DNA from: Acutalibacteraceae bacterium | GTDB lineage: Bacteria; Bacillota; Clostridia; Oscillospirales; Acutalibacteraceae | Direction: 5' to 3' | Length of the DNA stretch: 64,000 bases | Assembly: GCA_045603665.1 (NCBI GenBank) | Contig: JAZUMO010000090.1 | Coordinates: forward strand, 3,503-67,502 | Part shown: positions 29,438-38,336 of the stretch, one piece after another | Numbering within the stretch: the stretch's first letter is position 1 | Layout of the letters: each line of letters begins with the position of its first letter | Translations under genes and position numbers: made by a program | Notes under the pieces: generated by a model | Databases searched by the model: none | Seen by the model: only the letters and a program-made list of their open reading frames with translations | What the model was told of the DNA's origin: nothing

Positions 29438-30670
29438 TTAATAGCTGTCCTTAAGGCCCTGCTCATCATAAATGAAGAGAGTCTGAAGGGCAATATCAAG
29501 ACATTTTTCAACAGTCTTCATATTCATATTGTCAGCCGTGTCGCCTCTTGTGTGATAGTATCTCGGCGGGCCGGGATCCATAGATGCGAGAGTTACGGCA
29601 GGAATGCCGAGCTTCTGTACAGCGGCACCGTCAGATGCACCGACATAAACTGAGCTGTAAGGAAGATCCACACCGGCATATTCGCCGCCCTTTTTAACAA
29701 GGGCACATACTCTGGGATCCATCTTTACGGTACCTGTCATATCACGGGCATAAATTGCCATACTGTCATAATCTCTGAAGGTTTCAAGACCGATGAAAAC
29801 GGTAGGAATAGCCTTAAGCTCATCCAAATGACGCTTTACATAAGCCTTGGAGCCACGAAGACCGGATTCCTCAGAGCCGGCAGCAAGAGCCATAACCTCT
29901 GTGTTTTCAAAACGGATGTTGTTATCCTCAAGATACTTCATAATTGCTACTGAAGACATTGTGCCGGTAAGGTTATCATTAGCACCCTCAACAGTAATTT
30001 TGAAATTAACGAAGAACATAACAAGAATGCCTCCGGGAATGCAGGCAATCTGTGCCCATTTGAGAATTTCAAGAACTTCAGGTGAAGCAGCCTTAGCAAC
30101 AATAAGAATGGATGAAATAAGAAGATAGAACATACTTACAACACCGTAGCCACCAACTGCAAAAAGAAGAACTTTGCCGCCGAGACGGGTGTATGTCCAT
30201 TCGTGTGAGGAGTCAACGTGACCGGAGAAAATAATTCTTTGCTTTGCTTCTCCGCTTGCTTTTCTCACACCTGCGGTGTTATGTGATATTTTTTTCGGGA
30301 AAAGGAAATCATAAAATTCCCAATACATAAGGAATTCGCAGAAAAGGAATACAAGTGCAAGACCTGTAAGTGCGATTGCAACTGCGGGAAGTCCAAGCAA
30401 AGAGAAAATAACACCGATAATAACGAGTGCACCGTCAATTCTTACCCAACTCATAAAAGCCTCGGGAGCAAGCTTGAACTCTTCAATTTCAACCTCATCA
30501 CAGCAGGTCTTCATTTCTTCTGCTATGTACTTATGTGCCTTATACTCGGCTTCACTACCGGCAATTCTTGGGCCGATTTCTTTGCATATTTTTTTGATAG
30601 CTCTGACAGTGTAATTGGTATACATTCTGACAGATGATGCATAATTCTGAACGCTTTCTTCCGCTCTCAT
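29438..30670 (-). CDS. M28-family metallopeptidase with internal transmembrane segments
   Basis: 410 aa. GHVDS, NDNLTG, GSEESGLRGS and YHT..D motifs match M28 metal ligands. There are several hydrophobic helices between residues ~75 and 215. RBS AAGGAGG. Confidence 0.75.
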   Translation of the reverse strand: MRAEESVQNYASSVRMYTNYTVRAIKKICKEIGPRIAGSEAEYKAHKYIAEEMKTCCDEVEIEEFKLAPEAFMSWVRIDGALVIIGVIFSLLGLPAVAIALTGLALVFLFCEFLMYWEFYDFLFPKKISHNTAGVRKASGEAKQRIIFSGHVDSSHEWTYTRLGGKVLLFAVGGYGVVSMFYLLISSILIVAKAASPEVLEILKWAQIACIPGGILVMFFVNFKITVEGANDNLTGTMSSVAIMKYLEDNNIRFENTEVMALAAGSEESGLRGSKAYVKRHLDELKAIPTVFIGLETFRDYDSMAIYARDMTGTVKMDPRVCALVKKGGEYAGVDLPYSSVYVGASDGAAVQKLGIPAVTLASMDPGPPRYYHTRGDTADNMNMKTVEKCLDIALQTLFIYDEQGLKDSY

Positions 30671-30851
30671 GCATTAAATCCTCCTTAGATAATAGACATT
30701 TGTCACTGATTTGAAGACAAAAATCCTTTTAAAATTGTTTTAATAATACTAACACAAAACATTTAAATAGTCGAGTTTTTTTATGAAAATTCAATAAATG
30801 TTCAAAAAACAACGGCGTGTTTAAACAAAATGTTAATCAGTTAATATCCTT

Positions 30852-31154
30852 TTAAAACTCATAGTCCACACTTGCTCTGTTGTCTTTTATGAGAGCAACA
30901 TATGAAGAGATTTTTTTATGCTCGGGATGAACACGGTAACGTCCGACATCCTCAAGAGTGTCAAATGTGCTTATGAGAACCGCATCATACATCCCCTCTT
31001 TGGGATTGACGTTAATATTAACCTGTATTTCTCTTATAAAATCAATCTTTTCAGGCAAAGCCTCAAGCATCGTCTTTACCTTAAGAATATTTTCCTCACG
31101 GGTAAGACCTTCGGCAAAGTCCCTGAATTTCCACATAACAATATGTCTTATCAT
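30852..31154 (-). CDS. Dabb (stress-responsive alpha/beta barrel) family protein
   Basis: 100 aa. The MIRHIVMWKF start and size are typical of the Dabb domain. 4-nt overlap with the upstream MFS gene. Confidence 0.75.
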   Translation of the reverse strand: MIRHIVMWKFRDFAEGLTREENILKVKTMLEALPEKIDFIREIQVNINVNPKEGMYDAVLISTFDTLEDVGRYRVHPEHKKISSYVALIKDNRASVDYEF

Positions 31155-32551
31155 ACTTCCGCACCAACCTCATCAAGATTTGCGCCCTTGGTTTCCTTTA
31201 CCTTAAGAGCAAGCATAATAACAGCAACGATTACACAGGGAAGAGCAACAAGAAGACAGGTAAGCCAGACCTCCATAACAAGCATTCCGACAATTGTAAG
31301 GATATATCCGACTGCAAGACCGATAATTGTCAGAAGTCCTTCGGCACCAACAACAGAAGCTCTGATGTCTGTGGGAACCTTTTCTGTCATCATAATGTTC
31401 ATATAGTCTCTGCCTATCCAGTAGCAACCCTGATAAAGACCGCAAAGACCGCCGATAAAATAGGGATTCCAAAGATAATTTATGCCCGCAGCGAAAAGAA
31501 CAAAGCCTATAACGCAAAGAGCACCGGCGATGATTATAGTTTTCTTTCGACCGATAAAATCAGCAATAAAGCCCGAGAAAAGAGTAAGCAAGGCATATAC
31601 AACCGGCAAAACAAAGAGTGACTTCGTGATATCCTCCGTTGACATACCGGCAATATGCATTGAGGATTCATAATAAAGAGCAATTGCGGCCATACCCGCA
31701 TCAAAAATTATGTGTGAAATAATAAGGCTCTTTGTGTCTTTATTGGCAAAAATGTATTTAACGGCATTAAAAACGCCTGACTGATTTCTCTGAGCCTTCT
31801 TTTCTTCCTTGATTCTTTGCTTTTCAGCCTTTCTTACCTCATAGGGAATTGAAAGATAGGCTGTTCTTTCCTTAAGGAATACCTTGGTATCCTTTGCAAA
31901 GAAAAGAATAAGCACAGTTGCAATAACACCGCAGACAGCAGGAACCAAAAATATCTTTCTCCACTGGGTAGCATCGTTGCCCATAAGGAAGCTTCTCAGA
32001 ACGGGAATACAGACAACACCGAAAATACCGAGGCTTTTGAGTATACTGTAAATCATACCTCTGTGTTTATCGGGAGATTCCTCAAGAATATATATAATCT
32101 GTATATCGTGGCTGTAGAAAAAGCCTATAATTCCGTAGCCGAGAAGAAAAACAAGATAATTCGGTGAAAACCATATTACAAAAAGACCGATGCTCATACC
32201 GAAGGTCGATAAAGCGAAAAGCGGCTTTCTGCCCCATTTGTCGGCAAGAGCCTTATAAAAGGGCGTTATTATGCCGAACACATAACTGATAACACTAATT
32301 GTTGTATGCAAAGAAAGTCCTTCCTCAAAGGTATATGCCTTGCCGAGAAAGCCTTTGTTTACAAAAAATTCTGTTACAAAGGATGACTGAACCGAAACAG
32401 AAAGATTACTCGTAACCTCGTCAATAATATTTACAAATCCGACAAGGAACAAAAGCATTCCGAAATAGCCTGCCCAATTGCTTCCTGAACGGGCACGGTT
32501 TAATTTTTCCAACTGACGCTGTTCCTTTAAAATGATTTTATTTTCTTTCAT
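31151..32551 (-). CDS. MFS transporter
   Basis: 466 aa with ~12 predicted hydrophobic helices, a central charged loop (KAEKQRIKEEKKAQ) and a DKWGRKP loop motif. Confidence 0.8.
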   Translation of the reverse strand: MKENKIILKEQRQLEKLNRARSGSNWAGYFGMLLFLVGFVNIIDEVTSNLSVSVQSSFVTEFFVNKGFLGKAYTFEEGLSLHTTISVISYVFGIITPFYKALADKWGRKPLFALSTFGMSIGLFVIWFSPNYLVFLLGYGIIGFFYSHDIQIIYILEESPDKHRGMIYSILKSLGIFGVVCIPVLRSFLMGNDATQWRKIFLVPAVCGVIATVLILFFAKDTKVFLKERTAYLSIPYEVRKAEKQRIKEEKKAQRNQSGVFNAVKYIFANKDTKSLIISHIIFDAGMAAIALYYESSMHIAGMSTEDITKSLFVLPVVYALLTLFSGFIADFIGRKKTIIIAGALCVIGFVLFAAGINYLWNPYFIGGLCGLYQGCYWIGRDYMNIMMTEKVPTDIRASVVGAEGLLTIIGLAVGYILTIVGMLVMEVWLTCLLVALPCVIVAVIMLALKVKETKGANLDEVGAEV

Positions 32552-32564
32552 ACTATCCCCTCTT

Positions 32565-34712
32565 TTACCATCTTACGGCAACTGATTTTACCTTTGATAA
32601 ATTTCCGTAAACCTTTTTACTGCCGACTTTTTTGAATGCTCTTATTTTAAAATAATATTTTTTGCCCGATTTAAGATTATTTACAGCCTCAGACACCTTT
32701 TCTCCATCCGAAACTGTCAGTCTTTTTGGAGATTTAAGCTTTGAGTCGGTGCTGTACAAAATTCTGTAGCCGTCGGCACCCTTGACCTTATTCCACCTGA
32801 GCGTTACCTGCCCTCTTGCGTTATTTGAGACATACGTAAGCTCAGTCTTTAAAGGCATTGTAGCTGTTTGCAGATAAACATGGGAGTCTGAATTATATCT
32901 TTTATTTCCGACATCGGTATATGCCTTTACCCTGAATTTATACTTAGTGGCCGCTTTTAGTTTTTTAACATTGAGTGATGTCTTCTTTGTTGTAGCATAT
33001 TCAACATATTTTTTCTTTTTAGAATTGTAGATAAAAACCTTATATCCACTCGCACCTTCAACCTTTTTCCAGGTAAGCTTAATTGAATCCGTACTGCTTA
33101 CAGCTTTTACCTGCGAGGGTACACCGGGTCTTATTTTAAAAACACGGGTTTCTGTTCCGCTATATTTCCCTTTGAATTCAATAGTAACAGTGTAATTTCC
33201 AAGCTCTTTTCTTCCTGAGGGGTAATTTACAGTGTAGTCCTTTTCAGCATCAAGAAGCTTGCCCTCAGCATTTTTAACAATCACTTTGGGTTTTTTGCTC
33301 TTTCCGTCATAAGCATAAACGCTTTTACTGAGGCTGATGCTTGTTATTTTAGGTATTTTAACGTCGGAAATAACAGCCTTGCACACTGTACAGCTGACGG
33401 TCCTTCTTCCGTTAGAGGCAGTCGTTGCAGGCTTGAGAGCAACTGTATCCGAATGTCCCGTCGCCTTGAGTGTTGTTGCATTAACAATAATCTCCTTGCA
33501 AACCGAGCAGTACGCACTTCCCGATTTGCCTGCCTTTGTGCAGGTAGGTGCTACCGCCTTGTTATAAACAATCTTATGACCGCCTAAGCTTTGAATATAT
33601 TCCTGTTCACGAACAGTTTCACCGCAAACCGAACAGAAATACCCCTGACTGAGACCACCCGAAGTACAAGTCGGCTCAATGGACGGAAAAACATAAAGAA
33701 GATGCTCCCCTTCCTCGGCAAGGTATTTATCCATAAGAGTCTGTAAGCCGAACATATCGGCAGGAGAACGGAAAATATCGGTGAAATTCGTAGTCTTATC
33801 ACCGGAATAATGCTTCAGAGCAAAGGCGTCAATGTTGAACGCCGTGTTAATATCCGTGTCAAAGCAAAATACATAAGGAGAATAAAGTGCCGAACGGTTA
33901 GTGATGGCAGAGTAAATCATCTGTGCACAGACATAACCGGAAAGCGGATTCGGATGCTTATTGTCTCCGTTGGGATTTGCAATCAGCTTTCCCTTTGCAT
34001 CCTTTACAAAGGTGTTATCCTTAATAAAACTGCAAAAGTCAAACTTCATCGTTGAACCGGGTACAGCTGTATTCCCGCTGAAAACATCATAAACCAATCT
34101 GCCCCAATCGATAATTTCAATGTCCTCGTTTCTGAGCTCTTCGACACCGCTGATGATAATTTCGAGGTTATTGTAATACATCATCGGATGACACATAAAG
34201 AAAAACTCAGTCTTTTCGGGGAAAAGTGCTCTTATGCTTCTGTATACCTCGGGAATGTTATCCGTGCTCTTGTTGGCTTCAGCCAGAATCACATAATCCA
34301 CCTTTTCAAGCTCTTCAGAGCTGATATCCTTAAGATAATTGGAATAAATATACTTAAGAGTTTTTCCGGAATATGTATGGTCGATAACCGTAGCATTTTC
34401 ACCGAAAGAGGATATGAGCTGATAAAGATAGCCCTCGTCGCTTTTTCCTGCTTCGCCGTGTATTACGCAGTTTCCGTAATAAAGCATAGAGTTACCGACA
34501 ACCATTACTGTTTTTCCGTCAAGAGAAACAAGACTCTCTGCTTCGCAAGGTAACTGTGTTTCCTCCACAAGGTCGCTCAGGTCGTCCGTATCAGACAAAA
34601 CCGTTTCCGTATCGTATAAAGCAGTTGTTGCTTCTGAAGCCGACACATCATAAATAACCGCCGTCGGAATGAGTACAGCTATCAAAAATAAAAACAAAAC
34701 CAGCTTTTTCAT
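32565..34712 (-). CDS. Secreted SGNH/GDSL-like hydrolase fused to Cys-repeat modules, Ig-like region and two Fn3 domains
   Basis: Signal peptide MKKLVLFLFLIAVLIPTAV. Block I is VVGNSM (GNS in place of GDS) and block V is GDNKHPNPLSGY. Three CxxC repeats. LTWKKVEGASGYKVFIYN and LRWNKVKGADGYRILY are Fn3 signatures. The C-terminal half is paralogous to 1580..3415. Confidence 0.8.
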   Translation of the reverse strand: MKKLVLFLFLIAVLIPTAVIYDVSASEATTALYDTETVLSDTDDLSDLVEETQLPCEAESLVSLDGKTVMVVGNSMLYYGNCVIHGEAGKSDEGYLYQLISSFGENATVIDHTYSGKTLKYIYSNYLKDISSEELEKVDYVILAEANKSTDNIPEVYRSIRALFPEKTEFFFMCHPMMYYNNLEIIISGVEELRNEDIEIIDWGRLVYDVFSGNTAVPGSTMKFDFCSFIKDNTFVKDAKGKLIANPNGDNKHPNPLSGYVCAQMIYSAITNRSALYSPYVFCFDTDINTAFNIDAFALKHYSGDKTTNFTDIFRSPADMFGLQTLMDKYLAEEGEHLLYVFPSIEPTCTSGGLSQGYFCSVCGETVREQEYIQSLGGHKIVYNKAVAPTCTKAGKSGSAYCSVCKEIIVNATTLKATGHSDTVALKPATTASNGRRTVSCTVCKAVISDVKIPKITSISLSKSVYAYDGKSKKPKVIVKNAEGKLLDAEKDYTVNYPSGRKELGNYTVTIEFKGKYSGTETRVFKIRPGVPSQVKAVSSTDSIKLTWKKVEGASGYKVFIYNSKKKKYVEYATTKKTSLNVKKLKAATKYKFRVKAYTDVGNKRYNSDSHVYLQTATMPLKTELTYVSNNARGQVTLRWNKVKGADGYRILYSTDSKLKSPKRLTVSDGEKVSEAVNNLKSGKKYYFKIRAFKKVGSKKVYGNLSKVKSVAVRW

Positions 34713-34798
34713 TTTTTCCTCCCTGAATAATCGAAATATGTCAATTTAAATTTTAGCAAATGAATATGAGGAAACTATGAATAAAATCATACAATATA

Positions 34799-34827
34799 TA
34801 AAAAAGGCTGTATCTGAAGACACAGCC
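34799..34827 (-). terminator. Rho-independent terminator after the redox/transport operon
   Basis: Minus strand GGCTGT-gtcttcagat-ACAGCC followed by TTTTTT, immediately after the stop at 34835. Confidence 0.7.
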
Positions 34828-34834
34828 ATATATA

Positions 34835-36040
34835 TTATTTTGCAACAGGCACTTCCATTTCAATATCTGTAAGAGGGAAAGAGCAACAAGGATGTATACA
34901 GCCGAATTTATAGTCGGCAAGACGTCTGTATTCAAGCTGCTCAGGCACATAAACCTTACCTGAAAGAAGATGCGAATGACAAAATCCGCATTCACCACTG
35001 CGACAACGGGCAGGAACTGAAATACCGTTCTTTTCGAGAGTCTGCATAAGTGAATCTGCTGAATTACCCTCAACAGTATATGTTTTATCCTGAATCTTTA
35101 CCTTTACAGTTATTTTTTCGGGAATGCCTGCAGGATAATCCTCACGGGAAGCGGGATTATGGAATTCGCCGAACATTTCATGACGGATGTATTTCTTTTC
35201 AATTCCGAGTTTTGAAAGCTCACCGTCAAGGAAATCATACATTTGCTGAGGTCCGCAGATAAAGACGGAATAGGGCTCATTTTCGGGAGCATATTTTTTG
35301 ATAAGCTCAGCGGTGATGAAGCCTTTTTCGTCACCTTTTCTTGCTTTTGCCTTTGAATCGCTTATAACATTGATAACCTTGATTTTATCGCATTTTTTCT
35401 CAAGCTCCTTGAGCTCATCGGCAAATAGAACGCTTTTATAATTACGGCTGCCGTATAAAAGAGTAAGCTCAAAATCCTCGTCACCGTCAGCAATTGCATT
35501 TGCCATAGAAATAAACGGTGTTATTCCGCTGCCGCCGGCAAGACAGATAACCTTTTTTGCATCGCGTAAGGGCTGATACTCAAAGTTGCCCGAAGGAGCC
35601 GACACCTCAACCCTTGTTCCTTCTTTCCAGCTGTCAAAGATATATCTTGACATAAGTCCGCCCTCAACAAGCTTTATTGTAAGAACATATTTTCCGTCAA
35701 GAGAATCCTTGGGTGAGGATGAAATCGAATATGCTCTTGTTACAGGCATACCTTCGATTGTTTCAAAAACAGTAAGATATTTACCTGCACCAAAGTATGC
35801 AAGAGACTTGGTTCCCCTTTCTTCGTCAGGCACAAGAGTATAGCTTCTGCAGTCCCCCCCTCTTTCAGTCACCTTTTCAATTACAAGATACTGACGCTTC
35901 GGATGAAGAGCCTTAGCCAGAGCCATAGAATTATCCTCGATTTCGATAAGCTCAGCCTTGCCCTCGTTGAATCTTGCGTGACGGTCAGAGAGCATTGATA
36001 AAAACTTTTTTGCTTTTAATGATTTAAAATTATCAGCCAT
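34835..36040 (-). CDS. FNR-like flavin reductase with C-terminal plant-type [2Fe-2S] ferredoxin domain
   Basis: RAYSISS (FAD-binding RxYS), LAGGSGITPF (NAD(P)H-binding) and a C-terminal CRSGECGFC...C (C-x4-C-x2-C...C). Confidence 0.8.
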   Translation of the reverse strand: MADNFKSLKAKKFLSMLSDRHARFNEGKAELIEIEDNSMALAKALHPKRQYLVIEKVTERGGDCRSYTLVPDEERGTKSLAYFGAGKYLTVFETIEGMPVTRAYSISSSPKDSLDGKYVLTIKLVEGGLMSRYIFDSWKEGTRVEVSAPSGNFEYQPLRDAKKVICLAGGSGITPFISMANAIADGDEDFELTLLYGSRNYKSVLFADELKELEKKCDKIKVINVISDSKAKARKGDEKGFITAELIKKYAPENEPYSVFICGPQQMYDFLDGELSKLGIEKKYIRHEMFGEFHNPASREDYPAGIPEKITVKVKIQDKTYTVEGNSADSLMQTLEKNGISVPARCRSGECGFCHSHLLSGKVYVPEQLEYRRLADYKFGCIHPCCSFPLTDIEMEVPVAK

Positions 36041-36042
36041 AA

Positions 36043-37602
36043 TTATTTACCCTCCTTACTGAGTGCTTTGACAACCAGTCCGCCTGCTTTTTCACCGGTA
36101 TGATATGCACAGCCGTAGCCGTCGCCTCTTTCCTGGCTTGCACCGCAGAAATAAAAATTGCTGAAGGGCTGGTCAGAGAGATACTGAACTGTTCTTGGAA
36201 TCATGCTGTCCCATTTTTCGAGCATATAGCCATAGGGTGTACCGTAGGGAGTATTAAGATAACGGGCAAAGGTCGGCGGTAAGGCAATTTCAATTTCTTC
36301 AATATAGGGAGTGATTGAAATATTGAGAGCCTTTTCACAGGTTTCAATCATATCCTTAGCTACCTTTGTTTTGAATTTCTTATAATCCTGAGGCTTGATA
36401 TCCTTCATAACGTCACCAAAGGTCATTGTTGTAAGGAAAAGCTGACAGGTGCCCTCGGGAGTACAGTCGGGAATAATTTCGTTAAGGCAGTTGATAATGC
36501 AGAAGCCGCTGAAAAAGTCCTGAGCTGCCTCATACTGCTTATCTGAATCTGAATCGGGAGCGATAAATACGGAATAGTCCTTTATACCGAGCTCCTCTTT
36601 CGTTTTATTCATACCGAGATAAACCGTCGTAAGGGAGCAGGCTATCTTACGGGTATTGAGCATTTTAAGCTGCATTTCGGGAATATCCTTTTCAGCGAAA
36701 AGATCCTTCCATACAGAGTTCGGCGAAGAGTTACAGATAAAGTATTTGCCGTAAACCTCTTTTTCACCGTTAATGACGACACCCTCAGGCTTACCGTGCT
36801 TCATTAGCACCTTTGTAACCTCGGAATTATACCATATTTCACCGCCTGCATCACGGATTGACTTATCAATAGCAAGGCTCATTTCGTGGCTGCGGTAACG
36901 GGGAACGGCAGTTCCGTGCTCAACATAGCCGTGAATAACTGCCATATAGTAAAGGAAGTCGAATTTTGCGCCGGGTGAGCCCATGTAGCACCAATAGGTG
37001 TTGAAAATATCCTGAGCCTTTTTAGGCATACCAAGTGCATCGAGTCCTTCATTCATTGTGTGCGAAACCATTCGCATAATATCAGGGATATCCTTAAGAC
37101 TTGCAGGAAGCTTTTTAAGGTCGTCGAGACTGTCAAGAGCCTTATACATACGGGTTGATAAATCAAAAGCCTTCATACAGCTTTCATAGGAGCCGGGCAC
37201 AAGCTCATCAAGCTTTCTTGCAAAAGGATCAAATCCGACAGGCATACGTGCGTCAACGGTAACCTCAACTCCGTTTTCGTTGATGAAGGTATCTGTGTCC
37301 CCTTCTTTTGCGGGAACAACAAGGCGGAAGGTTGAATCGTGAGCGCACCATTCAACATCACTCTCAAAGCGTTTGAACATCGCTTCAATCTGGCCGGGCT
37401 TTTCTTCCGTACCGAAGCCTGCAAGCTCGTGAAGTGAAGGCTCAAATTCAAATCTTCCTCTTACAAAGGAAGAAGCTGAGCCACCGGGGATATTATGTCT
37501 TTCAAGAAGCAAGGTCGAAAGACCTGCGCGTGCACAGGTTGCTGCAGCGGCGAGGCCGCCGTTACCTGCACCGATTACGATTACATCGTAAGTTTTCATC
37601 AT
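36043..37602 (-). CDS. FAD-dependent oxidoreductase of the phytoene-desaturase/CrtI-like (RetSat-like) family
   Basis: N-terminal YDVIVIGAGNGGLAAA dinucleotide fold followed by LLERHN.PGG; 519 aa typical of the family. Substrate unknown. Confidence 0.75.
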   Translation of the reverse strand: MMKTYDVIVIGAGNGGLAAAATCARAGLSTLLLERHNIPGGSASSFVRGRFEFEPSLHELAGFGTEEKPGQIEAMFKRFESDVEWCAHDSTFRLVVPAKEGDTDTFINENGVEVTVDARMPVGFDPFARKLDELVPGSYESCMKAFDLSTRMYKALDSLDDLKKLPASLKDIPDIMRMVSHTMNEGLDALGMPKKAQDIFNTYWCYMGSPGAKFDFLYYMAVIHGYVEHGTAVPRYRSHEMSLAIDKSIRDAGGEIWYNSEVTKVLMKHGKPEGVVINGEKEVYGKYFICNSSPNSVWKDLFAEKDIPEMQLKMLNTRKIACSLTTVYLGMNKTKEELGIKDYSVFIAPDSDSDKQYEAAQDFFSGFCIINCLNEIIPDCTPEGTCQLFLTTMTFGDVMKDIKPQDYKKFKTKVAKDMIETCEKALNISITPYIEEIEIALPPTFARYLNTPYGTPYGYMLEKWDSMIPRTVQYLSDQPFSNFYFCGASQERGDGYGCAYHTGEKAGGLVVKALSKEGK

Positions 37603-38324
37603 ATTTCCTCCGTTTCGATTTTTTGTTTGTTTTGTTTTTTCTTTTTAGTGTAAAATCCCAGAGCAAGGGATATAAGAAGTGCAAAAAGAATTGCAGGAAG
37701 TGCATACAAAACTGAACGCGGATCGGATAGATCGGCCTTTGCACCGAGTATTGTCCAGAGTATATTCAGCAAAAGCATAGCAAGATTTGACGAGAAAAAA
37801 TAGGTTTTGAAGGGTATATCCATAGCGCCGAAAATGAAGTTGCTCAGATCCGAGGGTATGAGACCGACCTTGACAATAAACACAACCAGAAAAGAGTTTT
37901 CATCGGTAAAATCGTCAAGCTTTCTTACCGCCTTGAATCTGTCTTTAAGATAGTTTACAGCTCCGAGTCCCATAAACCTTCCAAGATAATACGGGAGTAT
38001 AAGACTACACACAGAACCGAGAACATTGACAAGAACCGCCGTAAGAAGGTCATCAAAAATTATTCCCGAAAGAACATAGAATACAGCCGGCGGAAAAATA
38101 AGAGTAAAGGATTTGGCTACATTCAAAGCAACGATAATGAGTGCCATTGATATTACTCCGCCCTTGAAATACTGTGCGAGAGAGCCGACATTACTGACTG
38201 AAATGTCATTTTTGCTGATGAATACTGCACACAGAATAATCATAGCCAGCATAACCACAACAGAGAAACCCATAAGGATTTTTACCGATAAGCTGCTTTT
38301 TACGGGGTTATTATCACTTTTCAT
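37599..38324 (-). CDS. TVP38/TMEM64 (DedA-related) family membrane protein
   Basis: 241 aa with ~5-6 helices. The pattern FPP..FYVLSG.IF and IPSDL.N...G resembles the SNARE-associated/TVP38 family. Lys-rich C-terminus. Confidence 0.65.
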   Translation of the reverse strand: MKSDNNPVKSSLSVKILMGFSVVVMLAMIILCAVFISKNDISVSNVGSLAQYFKGGVISMALIIVALNVAKSFTLIFPPAVFYVLSGIIFDDLLTAVLVNVLGSVCSLILPYYLGRFMGLGAVNYLKDRFKAVRKLDDFTDENSFLVVFIVKVGLIPSDLSNFIFGAMDIPFKTYFFSSNLAMLLLNILWTILGAKADLSDPRSVLYALPAILFALLISLALGFYTKKKKQNKQKIETEEI

Positions 38325-38336
38325 TTTTCTCTCCTG

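Noticed and set aside
34753-35073. 106-aa ORF on the minus strand.
   Set aside because: It is out of frame with the 3' end of the FNR-2Fe2S gene, whose Cys motif validates the other frame. It also runs through the terminator at 34799-34827.
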